Shown here piece after piece: positions 17,466 through 25,552 of a DNA stretch of 26,570 nt. The notes under the pieces were generated by a model. The model worked only from the letters and a program-made list of their open reading frames with translations. It made no database searches and was not told where the DNA came from. Position 1 is the stretch's first letter, and each line of letters begins with the position of its first letter. A program made the position numbers and the translations under genes. Location of the stretch: contig JAZDLX010000141.1 of the NCBI GenBank assembly GCA_043801585.1, forward strand, positions 1 to 26,570. Direction: 5' to 3'. The stretch is from a bacterium (GTDB lineage: Bacteria > Electryoneota > Electryoneia > Electryoneales > Electryoneaceae).

Positions 17466-17480
17466 GCAAGTGATATGCCA
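17466..17480 (-). promoter_or_regulatory. Putative sigma54 (-24/-12) promoter for the TonB-domain gene
   Basis: The - strand reads TGGCAT-ATCAC-TTGC, with exact GG-N10-GC spacing, about 45 nt upstream of the start codon. An AT-rich tract lies further upstream (17490-17520). Confidence 0.6.
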
Positions 17481-17677
17481 CAAGTCTACATCTTGTATAA
17501 TATAAATTTAGAAAATCTTACTCTGTCTCGAAACTTGCAGATTTAGACTCACCTAACGCAAAATGCTACTCATGCCAGCGATGGCAAGAGAGCGAGACCC
17601 GCTTGACAGGCTTCCTCACGATGAGCACCTTCAACTCTTAAAGGTAAACAAATTTTTATTCATCCGCGAGGATTCCC

Positions 17678-19831
17678 ATGAGGTCGTTGCGCCGTTTCCT
17701 TTTGTCGGACAGCAGGTATTCGACTTGCAGCATCTGGGCCGCAAGTTTGCTGTCTCTGGCAGTGTTGGTCCTTTTGTCTTCCTGTGCCGCGCCAACTCCA
17801 CCGGTGGCGGCCATTCAGACGAAAACAGACACACTTTTCAGTGATGTGAGAACGGACGATTATTACTGGTTGCGTGAAAGAGACAACCCGGAGGTGATTT
17901 CCTATCTGGAAGCGGAAAACGCCTACACGAACGCGGTAATGAAGTCCACACAACAGTTTCAGGAGACGTTGTTCGAGGAAATGAAAAGCCGCATCGAGGA
18001 GAACGATTATACCGTTCCTGTGCGCAAGGGTGACTGGTACTATTACGAGCGCACGGAGGCGGGGAAGGAGTATCCAATTCACCTTCGCAGGGGCGCAGGT
18101 GGAACTTCGCCGGAACAGGTGGTGCTGGACGAGAACACGCGGGCGGCCGGCAAAGAGTATTATGAAGCCGGTGTTTATGAGATCAGCCCCAGCCAGGGCA
18201 TTCTTGCATTCGCCGAAGATACCACCGGCAGAGAAACCTACACCCTCTATTTCAAGGACGTGGACGATGGAAGCCTGTACCCCGACAAAGTGGACAGCGT
18301 CTACTATTCAGGTGCCTGGGGAGGAGACAATCAGACATTCTTCTATGTCACTCTGGATGATGCTCTGCGTCCCTGGAGAGTCTGGCGGCACCGTCTGGGT
18401 ACCCTCTCGTCGGAGGATCTGATTGTTTTCGAGGAACCGGACGATCGTTTCTTTCTCGAAGTGAACGAGTCCAAGGATCAGAAGGTTGTGATGATCCATT
18501 CCGAGAGCGAAAGCGCCAGCGAGGTGTATGTCCTCCCGTCAAGCGATGCGGGTGGTGAGTTCCGCAGCCTCCAGCCTCGCCGCGACGGCGTACTGTATTA
18601 CGCGGAGCATCTCGGCGATCGATTCCTGATTCGTACGAACGACACAGGAGTCAATTTCCGGTTGGTCGATGCCTCGGAAAACCGCTCCGGGTACGGCAAC
18701 TGGCGTGAAATTCTGCCCGCTCGCAGGGACGTTCTGCTTGAAGATTTTGATGTTTTTACAAAGGCCGTCGTGCTTTACGAACGCGAGAACGCCCTTCGTC
18801 ATGTATGTATCCTCAATGTGAAGTCCGGAAAGATACGCACCGTGCCGTTTGACGAGGAAATTTACACCGTCCGTAACGGCGAGAATCCCGATTACAATTC
18901 GGATAGCCTGAGGGTGATGTACACGTCGATGATCACACCGGTAACGATTTATGACGTCAATCTCGAATCTCTTGAAAGGACGGTGCGGAAGCGTGATGAA
19001 GTCGGTGGTGGATATGATCCGGAGCAATACAAGTCGTTCCGTGCCTATGCTCCAGCGCGCGACGGCGAAACGATTCCGATATCCATCCTGATGCAGAAGG
19101 ATACGCCGATGGATGGAAGCGCGCCGCTCCTGCTGTACGGCTACGGTGCGTATGGATACACCTACGATCCCCGGTTTAATTCAAGGATCTTCAGCTTGAT
19201 CGACCGAGGTTTCATTTTCGCCAATGCGCATGTGCGCGGGTCGAGCGCAAAGGGACGGATGTGGTATGAAAACGGCAAAATGATGCATAAGATGAACACG
19301 TTTACCGATTTCATCGACGTAGGCGAATACCTGGTGAAGGAGGGCTATACATCGTCCGACCGGCTGACCGCACTGGGCGGGAGCGCGGGTGGATTGACGA
19401 TGGGCGCCGTGGCCAACATGCGCCCCGACCTGTTCCGTGCCATCGTTGCTGCGATGCCTTTTGTTGATGTCATCAACACCATGCTGGACGAATCGATTCC
19501 GCTTACGGTGACAGAATACGAAGAGTGGGGCAACCCTCATGTGGAGGCTGAATACAGCTATATGCGGCAGTACTCTCCATACGATAATGTGAGCGCACAG
19601 GCGTATCCGGATCTCCTGATCGAGGCGGGCCTCAACGATCCGCGCGTGCAATACTGGGAACCCGCGAAGTGGACAGCCAAGCTTCGGGCAATGAAAACCG
19701 ACGACAACCGTCTGCTGCTGTGGACCAACATGTCAGCCGGACATCAAGGGACCTCCGGACGTTATGGCCGCCTGCATGAAGCAGCCTTTGAGTACGCGTT
19801 TCTGCTCACTGCAGTTGGTATAGACAAATAG
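17678..19831 (+). CDS. ptrB: Oligopeptidase B (protease II, S9A family), with predicted lipoprotein signal
   Basis: 'DDYYWLRER...YLEAENAY', 'LLYGYGAYG', catalytic Ser motif 'GGSAGG', Asp in 'AGLNDPRVQYWEPAKW' and His in 'AGHQG'. The N-terminal hydrophobic stretch ends LLSSC. GAGGA RBS. Confidence 0.95.
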   Translation: MRSLRRFLLSDSRYSTCSIWAASLLSLAVLVLLSSCAAPTPPVAAIQTKTDTLFSDVRTDDYYWLRERDNPEVISYLEAENAYTNAVMKSTQQFQETLFEEMKSRIEENDYTVPVRKGDWYYYERTEAGKEYPIHLRRGAGGTSPEQVVLDENTRAAGKEYYEAGVYEISPSQGILAFAEDTTGRETYTLYFKDVDDGSLYPDKVDSVYYSGAWGGDNQTFFYVTLDDALRPWRVWRHRLGTLSSEDLIVFEEPDDRFFLEVNESKDQKVVMIHSESESASEVYVLPSSDAGGEFRSLQPRRDGVLYYAEHLGDRFLIRTNDTGVNFRLVDASENRSGYGNWREILPARRDVLLEDFDVFTKAVVLYERENALRHVCILNVKSGKIRTVPFDEEIYTVRNGENPDYNSDSLRVMYTSMITPVTIYDVNLESLERTVRKRDEVGGGYDPEQYKSFRAYAPARDGETIPISILMQKDTPMDGSAPLLLYGYGAYGYTYDPRFNSRIFSLIDRGFIFANAHVRGSSAKGRMWYENGKMMHKMNTFTDFIDVGEYLVKEGYTSSDRLTALGGSAGGLTMGAVANMRPDLFRAIVAAMPFVDVINTMLDESIPLTVTEYEEWGNPHVEAEYSYMRQYSPYDNVSAQAYPDLLIEAGLNDPRVQYWEPAKWTAKLRAMKTDDNRLLLWTNMSAGHQGTSGRYGRLHEAAFEYAFLLTAVGIDK

Positions 19832-19850
19832 GGTATATGATGGGTTCCAC

Positions 19851-19881
19851 AAGAGACCGGGCAAATCCGGTCTCTTTCTTT
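19851..19881 (+). terminator. Intrinsic terminator after ptrB
   Basis: AAGAGACCGGG-caaa-TCCGGTCTCTT followed by TCTTT. Confidence 0.8.
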
Positions 19882-20091
19882 GTGTTGCCAGTCAAGCGCG
19901 AGGGGGACTGGCATAATACAGCATTCACTTGATTTATATTTCATTCGGGGGGCCGGTCAGGCTTCGCGGGAAATTCCCGGGGACGGACAGGCAATGCCGT
20001 ACGTCTCATCGGGCTTCAGCGCCAGGAAAAGGATACCTTTCCAAAGTTTCTTGCTGCCCGAATGCGTTCATTTTCACCATCTGGAGAAATC

Positions 20092-21306
20092 ATGAAGCGT
20101 CCGCAAAAAGTACTGATGTTGCTTGCACGCGATCCCGTTTTTGAACAGCGGGTTTTTCAGCTTTCGGCGCGGACACTCCGTGACGCCGGGTTTGAGGTGA
20201 CCATCGTTGGACCACGTTATCGCGATGAACCGGTTGAACAGGTTGTTGAAGGCATCCGCATTATTACCTATCAAAAAATGAAAAATACAATCCTTCGCAA
20301 GTTTCATACGTTGGCGGTTCTTTGGAAACACTCCCTGCGTCACCCGGCTGACATTCTGCATGTGTTTGAGGTGGACGCTCCACTTTTTGTCGCCGCCATG
20401 GCGAAACGCCGCCTCAGAAAGCGTGGAAAGGAAATCAAGCTGGTGTTCGACAGCCCGGAAGTCTGGTCCTATTTCTATCCTGCGCAAACCCGGTTCCGCT
20501 TCCTGCGAAAATGCATTCGCAACACTGTCGTGAATTATGAGGACTGGATGGTTCAGAAACATGTGGACGCCATCAGCACCGCGCATGTCCTCGAGGAATC
20601 CTATTATCAGTGGTTGAATCCATGGCTGCCGATTCGGTGGGTTGTCGGCGGACCTCCGATGAATGAATGGCCTGATCCGCCCGAAAGAAAAGGCCCCATT
20701 CGCATCCTTGGGCATGATGGGTATTTCACGCTGCAGCGAGGCATGGATGTGATGCTTCATGCCTTCGAACTCCTGTCGGGGGAATTTCCCAAGCTTCGTC
20801 TGCTCGCCGCGGGCAGTTTCATGGAGGAGCGCGACAGGGAATACTTCGAAAAGTGGTGCATAAGAACGGGACTTGGAGATCGGGTCGAGGTGATGGGATG
20901 GGTGCCGCGGGACGAGGTTCTGCCCCACCTTGACAGGATGGACATTGGAATGATCGCCAACCGGCCCGATATCCACAGTGTTCGGTGTTGGCCGGCGAAC
21001 AAAATGATGAATTACCTTGCCCGCGGCCTGCCCGTTGTCTCTACGCCTGCGCCTCTGTACCGGAGGTTCATCGAGGAGACGGGGTGCGGGGCTGTTTCGG
21101 CTGGATTTGACGGTGACTCCTACGCTGCTGCACTTCGTTCGCTTCTGAAGAATTCCAGATCAACACGTGAGATGGGGAGGCGTGGTTACGATAAAGCAGC
21201 CGAAACCTACAATCTCGAGCAGGGACGCAAGGCGCTTCTGGCACTCTACGGCGACCTGGATCGACAGTTGCCAAAACGCGATCAGGATGCTGTTCTGAGG
21301 GATTGA
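20092..21306 (+). CDS. Glycosyltransferase family 4 (GT-B fold)
   Basis: GGAG RBS before ATG 20092. 'RVFQLSARTLRDAGFEVTIVG', 'QRGMDVMLHAF', 'VEVMGWVPRDEV', 'NKMMNYLARGLPVVST' and 'EMGRRG...YN'. Confidence 0.88.
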   Translation: MKRPQKVLMLLARDPVFEQRVFQLSARTLRDAGFEVTIVGPRYRDEPVEQVVEGIRIITYQKMKNTILRKFHTLAVLWKHSLRHPADILHVFEVDAPLFVAAMAKRRLRKRGKEIKLVFDSPEVWSYFYPAQTRFRFLRKCIRNTVVNYEDWMVQKHVDAISTAHVLEESYYQWLNPWLPIRWVVGGPPMNEWPDPPERKGPIRILGHDGYFTLQRGMDVMLHAFELLSGEFPKLRLLAAGSFMEERDREYFEKWCIRTGLGDRVEVMGWVPRDEVLPHLDRMDIGMIANRPDIHSVRCWPANKMMNYLARGLPVVSTPAPLYRRFIEETGCGAVSAGFDGDSYAAALRSLLKNSRSTREMGRRGYDKAAETYNLEQGRKALLALYGDLDRQLPKRDQDAVLRD

Positions 21307-21364
21307 GACGGGTCGGCAGCTCGCACCGAACACCGCGGGCGACCACCAATCGTCAGCGATTCGA

Positions 21365-22489
21365 TCAGTGGGATACCAGACGTGAAACGAGAATGTCCGC
21401 GATCTGGCGAGAACTGGTACCATCGCCGTAAGGATTCTGGGCTTTGCTCATCCTCTCGTAGGTCTCCCGGTCATCAAGGAGCCGCTGCACTCGTGAAACG
21501 ATCCGCTCGGGATCGGTACCCACCAGTTCCGCCACTCCCGCCTCAATCCCTTCCGGGCGTTCCGTTGCATCGCGCATGACAAGCACGGGGCGGCCCAGCG
21601 TCGGCGCTTCCTCCTGCACGCCGCCGGAGTCGGTCAGAACGAGATGGCATCGATCGAGCAGCCAGACAAACGACAGATAGTCCTGGGGTTCGATCAGGTG
21701 GACGTTGGGGATCCCGCTAAGGATGTCACGGACGGGTTTCTGAACGTTGGGGTTGAGGTGGACGGGATACACGATCGTGAGATCGGGGTTCGATGCGGCG
21801 ATACTGCGCAAGGCGTTGCAGATGTTGAGAAAACCCTGGCCGAAACTTTCGCGCCGGTGTCCGGTCACCAGCAGCATCCGCCCGTCCCGCGGCACCATGG
21901 GAAATTTTCGGGTCAATTCCTCATTACGGGCGCGTGCTTTTTCCACAACCCAGAGCAGTGCGTCGATTACGGTGTTACCGACTGTGAAAATGTAATTCTC
22001 TGGCACGTTTTCGCGGAGCAAGGCCTCTTCAGCCCTTTTTGTCGGCGGGAAATGAAGGTCGGTCAGCACCCCCGTCAGCCTGCGGTTGATCTCCTCGGGA
22101 AACGGTGCGTACTTCCGGCCGGTGCGCAGTCCCGCTTCAACATGGATCACCCTGATTTGCTGGTAAAACGCCGCAAGCGCCGTCACAAAGGAGGTCGTTG
22201 TATCACCCTGCAGGACGACGGCGTCCGGCTTTTCCCGCCGGAGAACCTCACCCACCGATTTGACGATTCGAGCTGTCAGACTTTCCAGGCTTTGGTTGGG
22301 TTGCATCAGGTCCAGGTCGAAATCGGGTTTCAACTCAAACAGCTCAAGAACCTGATCGAGCATCTCCCGGTGTTGAGCGGTGATCAGGATTTTGACCCGA
22401 AAATCCGTTCGGGAGGAAAGCTCCTTGATAAGTGGGGCGAGTTTGATCGCTTCCGGTCGTGTGCCGAAGGCAAAGAGGGTTGTCACCAT
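21365..22489 (-). CDS. wecB: UDP-N-acetylglucosamine 2-epimerase (non-hydrolysing)
   Basis: 'FGTRPEAIKLAP', 'QHREMLDQVL', 'QGDTTT', 'HVEAGLRT', 'PFPEEINR', 'DSGGVQEEAP' and 'NPYGDG'. Confidence 0.96.
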   Translation of the reverse strand: MVTTLFAFGTRPEAIKLAPLIKELSSRTDFRVKILITAQHREMLDQVLELFELKPDFDLDLMQPNQSLESLTARIVKSVGEVLRREKPDAVVLQGDTTTSFVTALAAFYQQIRVIHVEAGLRTGRKYAPFPEEINRRLTGVLTDLHFPPTKRAEEALLRENVPENYIFTVGNTVIDALLWVVEKARARNEELTRKFPMVPRDGRMLLVTGHRRESFGQGFLNICNALRSIAASNPDLTIVYPVHLNPNVQKPVRDILSGIPNVHLIEPQDYLSFVWLLDRCHLVLTDSGGVQEEAPTLGRPVLVMRDATERPEGIEAGVAELVGTDPERIVSRVQRLLDDRETYERMSKAQNPYGDGTSSRQIADILVSRLVSH

Positions 22490-22954
22490 CGTTTTTGCGG
22501 GTCCGTGAGTTGAAAAAGGTTAGCAGCTGCCGTTTATTCCGCAGAAAAAACAACCTGAAAGTAGCCCAAACACCTCGGGAAAGCAAGCCGAGTCCAAATC
22601 ACGCAAAGCGTTAAACGCATGGATTTCCAGAGTCTTGGAAACGAACGGTTGACTCTCTTCACGATCATTCAACATCGTGTTCGGGGTGATGACGCCGTGA
22701 AAACGGTTCTCCAGCCAATTAAAGAAAAGTGTCTCCGAGTCATGGAAACTTATTATTAATTGCCGGAGTATATCTATTGAACGAGTCTGCGTGGACGGAC
22801 GCACCATGCAGTTGCACACCGTCACCCCGGTTCCCGGGGTACTCCCTATGCATAGCGATTTTAATTGATGCTTTGGCTCTGTGGGTGAGGGAGACGGCGT
22901 GTGGCATAAAGGTGGAAATGTCTGAGAACAAGATTTTTTCATCTGACAGAGGAG

Positions 22955-22998
22955 TGGAAATAGAAACCCGCAGGTCTGTTTTCACAGAACTTGCGGGT
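22955..22998 (-). terminator. Probable terminator immediately downstream of tRNA-Gln
   Basis: The - strand reads ACCCGCAAGTTCTGT-gaaa-ACAGACCTGCGGGT followed by TTCTATTT. Confidence 0.7.
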
Positions 22999-23000
22999 GA

Positions 23001-23074
23001 TGGCTGGGGATCAGGGATTTGAACCCCGACTGCCTGATCCAGAGTCAGGTGTGCTGCCGTTACACCAATCCCCA
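23001..23074 (-). tRNA. tRNA-Gln (anticodon CUG)
   Basis: - strand: TGGGGATTGGTGTAACGGCAGCACACCTGA-CT-CTG-GA-TCAGGCAGTCGGGGTTCAAATCCCTGATCCCCAGCCA. It forms a full cloverleaf with a GTTCAAATC T-loop and encoded CCA. Confidence 0.97.
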
Positions 23075-23085
23075 AAAGCGCGGTC

Positions 23086-23114
23086 AAGATAGTATTTGGT
23101 GCGTTTTCAGTCAA
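23086..23114 (-). promoter_or_regulatory. sigma70 promoter of tRNA-Gln
   Basis: - strand TTGACT-N17-TATCTT followed by a GC-rich discriminator (GACCGCGC), 11 nt before the tRNA. Confidence 0.7.
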
Positions 23115-23148
23115 GGTAACGGTTGTCTACGGCTCTCGGACTGTAAAT

Positions 23149-23177
23149 TTGCGAACGGTATCACAAATAGGTAGATT
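23149..23177 (+). promoter_or_regulatory. Putative sigma70 promoter of pal-cpoB
   Basis: TTGCGA-N17-TAGATT, about 75 nt upstream of the pal ATG. Confidence 0.5.
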
Positions 23178-23252
23178 GGTCCCGATAGAAAGAACGAGCA
23201 CAGAAAGTGCTAAACTATTCACTTTTTGGGTTTTGAACCAAGAGAGGTTTCC

Positions 23253-23891
23253 ATGAGCAGCAAACGGATTCTCTGGGTACTGGTCATCGCCGCGCTGGTT
23301 GGAACCATCATGATGGGTTGTGCAGCCAAGCAGCAGGTGCCCCCTGGTCCGACTCCTGAAGAGATGCAAATGCGGCGCCAGCAGGCACTTGCAGACTCTT
23401 TAGCGAAAGTAAGAGCGGACTCCCTGTCAAAAGCCAAGGCGAATTCCCTGGCCAAAGTCAAGACTGATTCTCTGGCACAGGTGGCAGAACTGGAGCGGCA
23501 GCGCCTAGAGCAGCAACGGCTCGAGATGCAGCGTCAGCAGGCAGAAGTGCGTCAGGCGAAGGAATCGCTGAGCACGATTTACTACGACTTTGACAAGTCC
23601 GAGTTGAAGCCCGCAGCCCGCGCAAAACTCCAGAAGAACGCGGAATTGATCCGGAAATACGATCAGTGGCAGGTTACGGTCGAGGGGCACTGCGATGAAC
23701 GCGGCAGCACCGAGTACAACCTCGCCCTGGGTGAGCGTCGTGCAAACTCCGTGAAAGAGTACTACGTGAACTACGGAATCAACGCGAGCCGCCTCGAGAT
23801 CATCAGCTACGGCGAGGAGCGTCCGGTGGACAAGGGCCACGACGAAGCCGCCTGGGCGAAGAACCGCCGTGCTGTCACGGTGGTCAAGTAA
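23253..23891 (+). CDS. pal: Peptidoglycan-associated lipoprotein Pal (OmpA-like C-terminal domain)
   Basis: AGAGAGG RBS and lipobox 'MMGC'. 'IYYDFDKSEL', 'VEGHCDERGSTEYNLALGERRA', 'ISYGEERP' and 'AWAKNRRA'. Confidence 0.95.
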   Translation: MSSKRILWVLVIAALVGTIMMGCAAKQQVPPGPTPEEMQMRRQQALADSLAKVRADSLSKAKANSLAKVKTDSLAQVAELERQRLEQQRLEMQRQQAEVRQAKESLSTIYYDFDKSELKPAARAKLQKNAELIRKYDQWQVTVEGHCDERGSTEYNLALGERRANSVKEYYVNYGINASRLEIISYGEERPVDKGHDEAAWAKNRRAVTVVK

Positions 23892-23894
23892 GGG

Positions 23895-24830
23895 ATGACG
23901 ATGAGCGTTCGTTTGGCGAAGGCTAACCTTTGGCGCGGGTGGCGGAAGTTGCTACCCGCGTTTCTTGTCGGGGTACTGCTGCTGTCCGGATGCGCGTCAC
24001 GCAAAGAGGTCCGCAAATTTCAGGCGGATCACGTCGAGTTCCGCGCCCGGATGGAAACCATCGACACCGATCTGGACCGGATCGAACAGCGTCAGAAAGA
24101 GATTGAAAAGAATGTCAACGTGCTTCGCGACCTGCTCGGCGGCAATGTTTCGGATTACCTGAAAGCGCAGGAAGAGCTGATCCGAGCCCTGCGGGCGGAT
24201 CAGAACGCCATCAGCGGAGACCTGGAGCGGCAGATCGTGACAATGACCTCCCGGTTCGCGGAATCCGAGGATCGGCTGCAGAAACTGATTACGCAACTGG
24301 ACACTTTTAACCGGCTCGTAGCGGAGGTGCTTGGGGACAGCGTTGCCGCCAGCGCCTACGCGGCGGTGGAGGCGCAGCAACTGTTCCAGCAGGGTTATTC
24401 GGATTACCTGTCCGGGCAGATGGAAGTTGCGCGGATGGGATTCGAAACCTACGTCCAGAGCTATCCATCGACTCCACTGGCGGACGACGCTCTCTACTGG
24501 ATGGGAGAAACCTATCTCGCCGAAGCCTCGACGGATACCCTGAAACTGGACTCGGCCCGGGCGGTGTTCATCCAACTGGCGGACCGCTATCCGGAGAGCA
24601 ACCGGCTGGCCACGGCAATGCTGAAACGCGGAATCATCCGCGCGCGCCAGGGGGATGTCACCGGGGCTCGCAGGCTGTTCGAGCAGCTTGTTCGAACATG
24701 GCCGGATACAGATGAGGCGGACCAGGCTCAACAGTGGATTGCCGACCTGCTCGACACTCCGGAAACACCGCCGCGCCTGGTGCCGGAAAAGAAGTCGGGC
24801 GGCAAATCGAGCAAGCCTGTTGATTATTGA
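23895..24830 (+). CDS. cpoB: Tol-Pal system protein CpoB/YbgF (coiled coil plus TPR), predicted lipoprotein
   Basis: Directly follows pal. Lipobox 'LLSGC', coiled-coil N-half, and TPR motifs 'YPSTPLADDALYWMGE', 'YPESNRLATAMLKRG' and 'WPDTDEADQA'. The start could be 23901. Confidence 0.88.
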   Translation: MTMSVRLAKANLWRGWRKLLPAFLVGVLLLSGCASRKEVRKFQADHVEFRARMETIDTDLDRIEQRQKEIEKNVNVLRDLLGGNVSDYLKAQEELIRALRADQNAISGDLERQIVTMTSRFAESEDRLQKLITQLDTFNRLVAEVLGDSVAASAYAAVEAQQLFQQGYSDYLSGQMEVARMGFETYVQSYPSTPLADDALYWMGETYLAEASTDTLKLDSARAVFIQLADRYPESNRLATAMLKRGIIRARQGDVTGARRLFEQLVRTWPDTDEADQAQQWIADLLDTPETPPRLVPEKKSGGKSSKPVDY

Positions 24831-24845
24831 AATCCTGGAGGCGAC

Positions 24846-24933
24846 AGCAGGAAAATGTACCAGGTACTTTTTTCTTGACCGGGATAATTACTTAACCCCG
24901 GATACGAAAAGGTACCTGGTACATTTTCCTGCT
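24846..24933. repeat. 88-bp element with perfect 22-bp terminal inverted repeats (REP-doublet/MITE-like)
   Basis: AGCAGGAAAATGTACCAGGTAC (24846-24867) and its exact reverse complement GTACCTGGTACATTTTCCTGCT (24912-24933). Each arm overlaps its own imperfect palindrome. Confidence 0.75.
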
Positions 24934-24990
24934 CTCTGGCAACATCCCTGAACTTATGACCAATCCACTGGCAGATCAGGAACCACCCGG

Positions 24991-25017
24991 AACCGGATTT
25001 CACAGGTCCGGTTTTTT
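24991..25017 (+). terminator. Intrinsic terminator after pal-cpoB
   Basis: AACCGGATTT-cac-AGGTCCGGTT followed by TTTT. Confidence 0.7.
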
Positions 25018-25069
25018 GTGCTCCCGAAGATGTTTTTTACCCTTGCGGAAAACTGTTCCATCCCTTTAC

Positions 25070-25093
25070 TTAACATGTTATTTAGCGTGTTAA
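25070..25093. promoter_or_regulatory. Probable tandem MarR operator boxes
   Basis: Perfect palindrome TAACATGTTA (25071-25080) and an adjacent degenerate copy TTAGCGTGTTAA (25082-25093), 15 nt upstream of the marR ATG. Confidence 0.6.
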
Positions 25094-25108
25094 ACATTCA
25101 TGTGAACG

Positions 25109-25552
25109 ATGAACGAAGAACAACCGATCAAACCGGAGTCCATCGGGTATTGGACACACCGGGTCTGGAACTCCCATCACGCCCTCATTCAGAAGGGTGT
25201 GAAACCGTTCGGATTGACCGCGTCGCAGGCGATTGTCTTTGGCATTATCGCCAAGTATCAGCCGTTGCCGGCGCGTGACATTTCCGAACACCTCGCAATC
25301 TCCGCACCAGCGGTAGCTCGTCAGGTGGATGCACTTGAAAAACGGGATCTGGTTCGACGAAGCGATGACATTGATGATGAACGAGTGAGACTGATAAGCC
25401 TCACCGCCCGGGGGGAAAAGATCTGGCCGAGGATCAGTGAAATCCTTCATGCGGCGCATCTGAATGCAGTCGAGGGGCTCGATCCACAGGACGTGCAATC
25501 CTTGATCCGCTACCTGAGATGCATTCGACAAAACCTGGAGTCTCATCTGTGA
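25109..25552 (+). CDS. MarR-family transcriptional regulator
   Basis: 'FGLTASQAIV', HTH 'DISEHLAISAPAVARQVDALEKRDLVRR' and wing 'DERVRLISLTARG'. Confidence 0.93.
   Translation: MNEEQPIKPESIGYWTHRVWNSHHALIQKGVKPFGLTASQAIVFGIIAKYQPLPARDISEHLAISAPAVARQVDALEKRDLVRRSDDIDDERVRLISLTARGEKIWPRISEILHAAHLNAVEGLDPQDVQSLIRYLRCIRQNLESHL

Noticed and set aside
19909..19923. sigma54-like TGGCATAATACAGCA upstream of GT4 (also TGGCGTTAAGATGC at 1764)
   Set aside because: The GG-to-GC spacing is one base short of the strict -24/-12 requirement.
20074..22513. 300-aa (-) and 289-aa (+) ORFs opposite the GT4 and wecB genes
   Set aside because: Antisense shadows of confidently identified genes.
22955..23074. tRNA-Gln as the attachment site of an integrated element
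   Set aside because: No integrase and no duplicated tRNA 3' end were seen in the window.
22520..23114. 140-aa and 124-aa - strand ORFs near the tRNA
   Set aside because: One runs through the tRNA gene. The other has no RBS, no recognisable domain and atypical composition.
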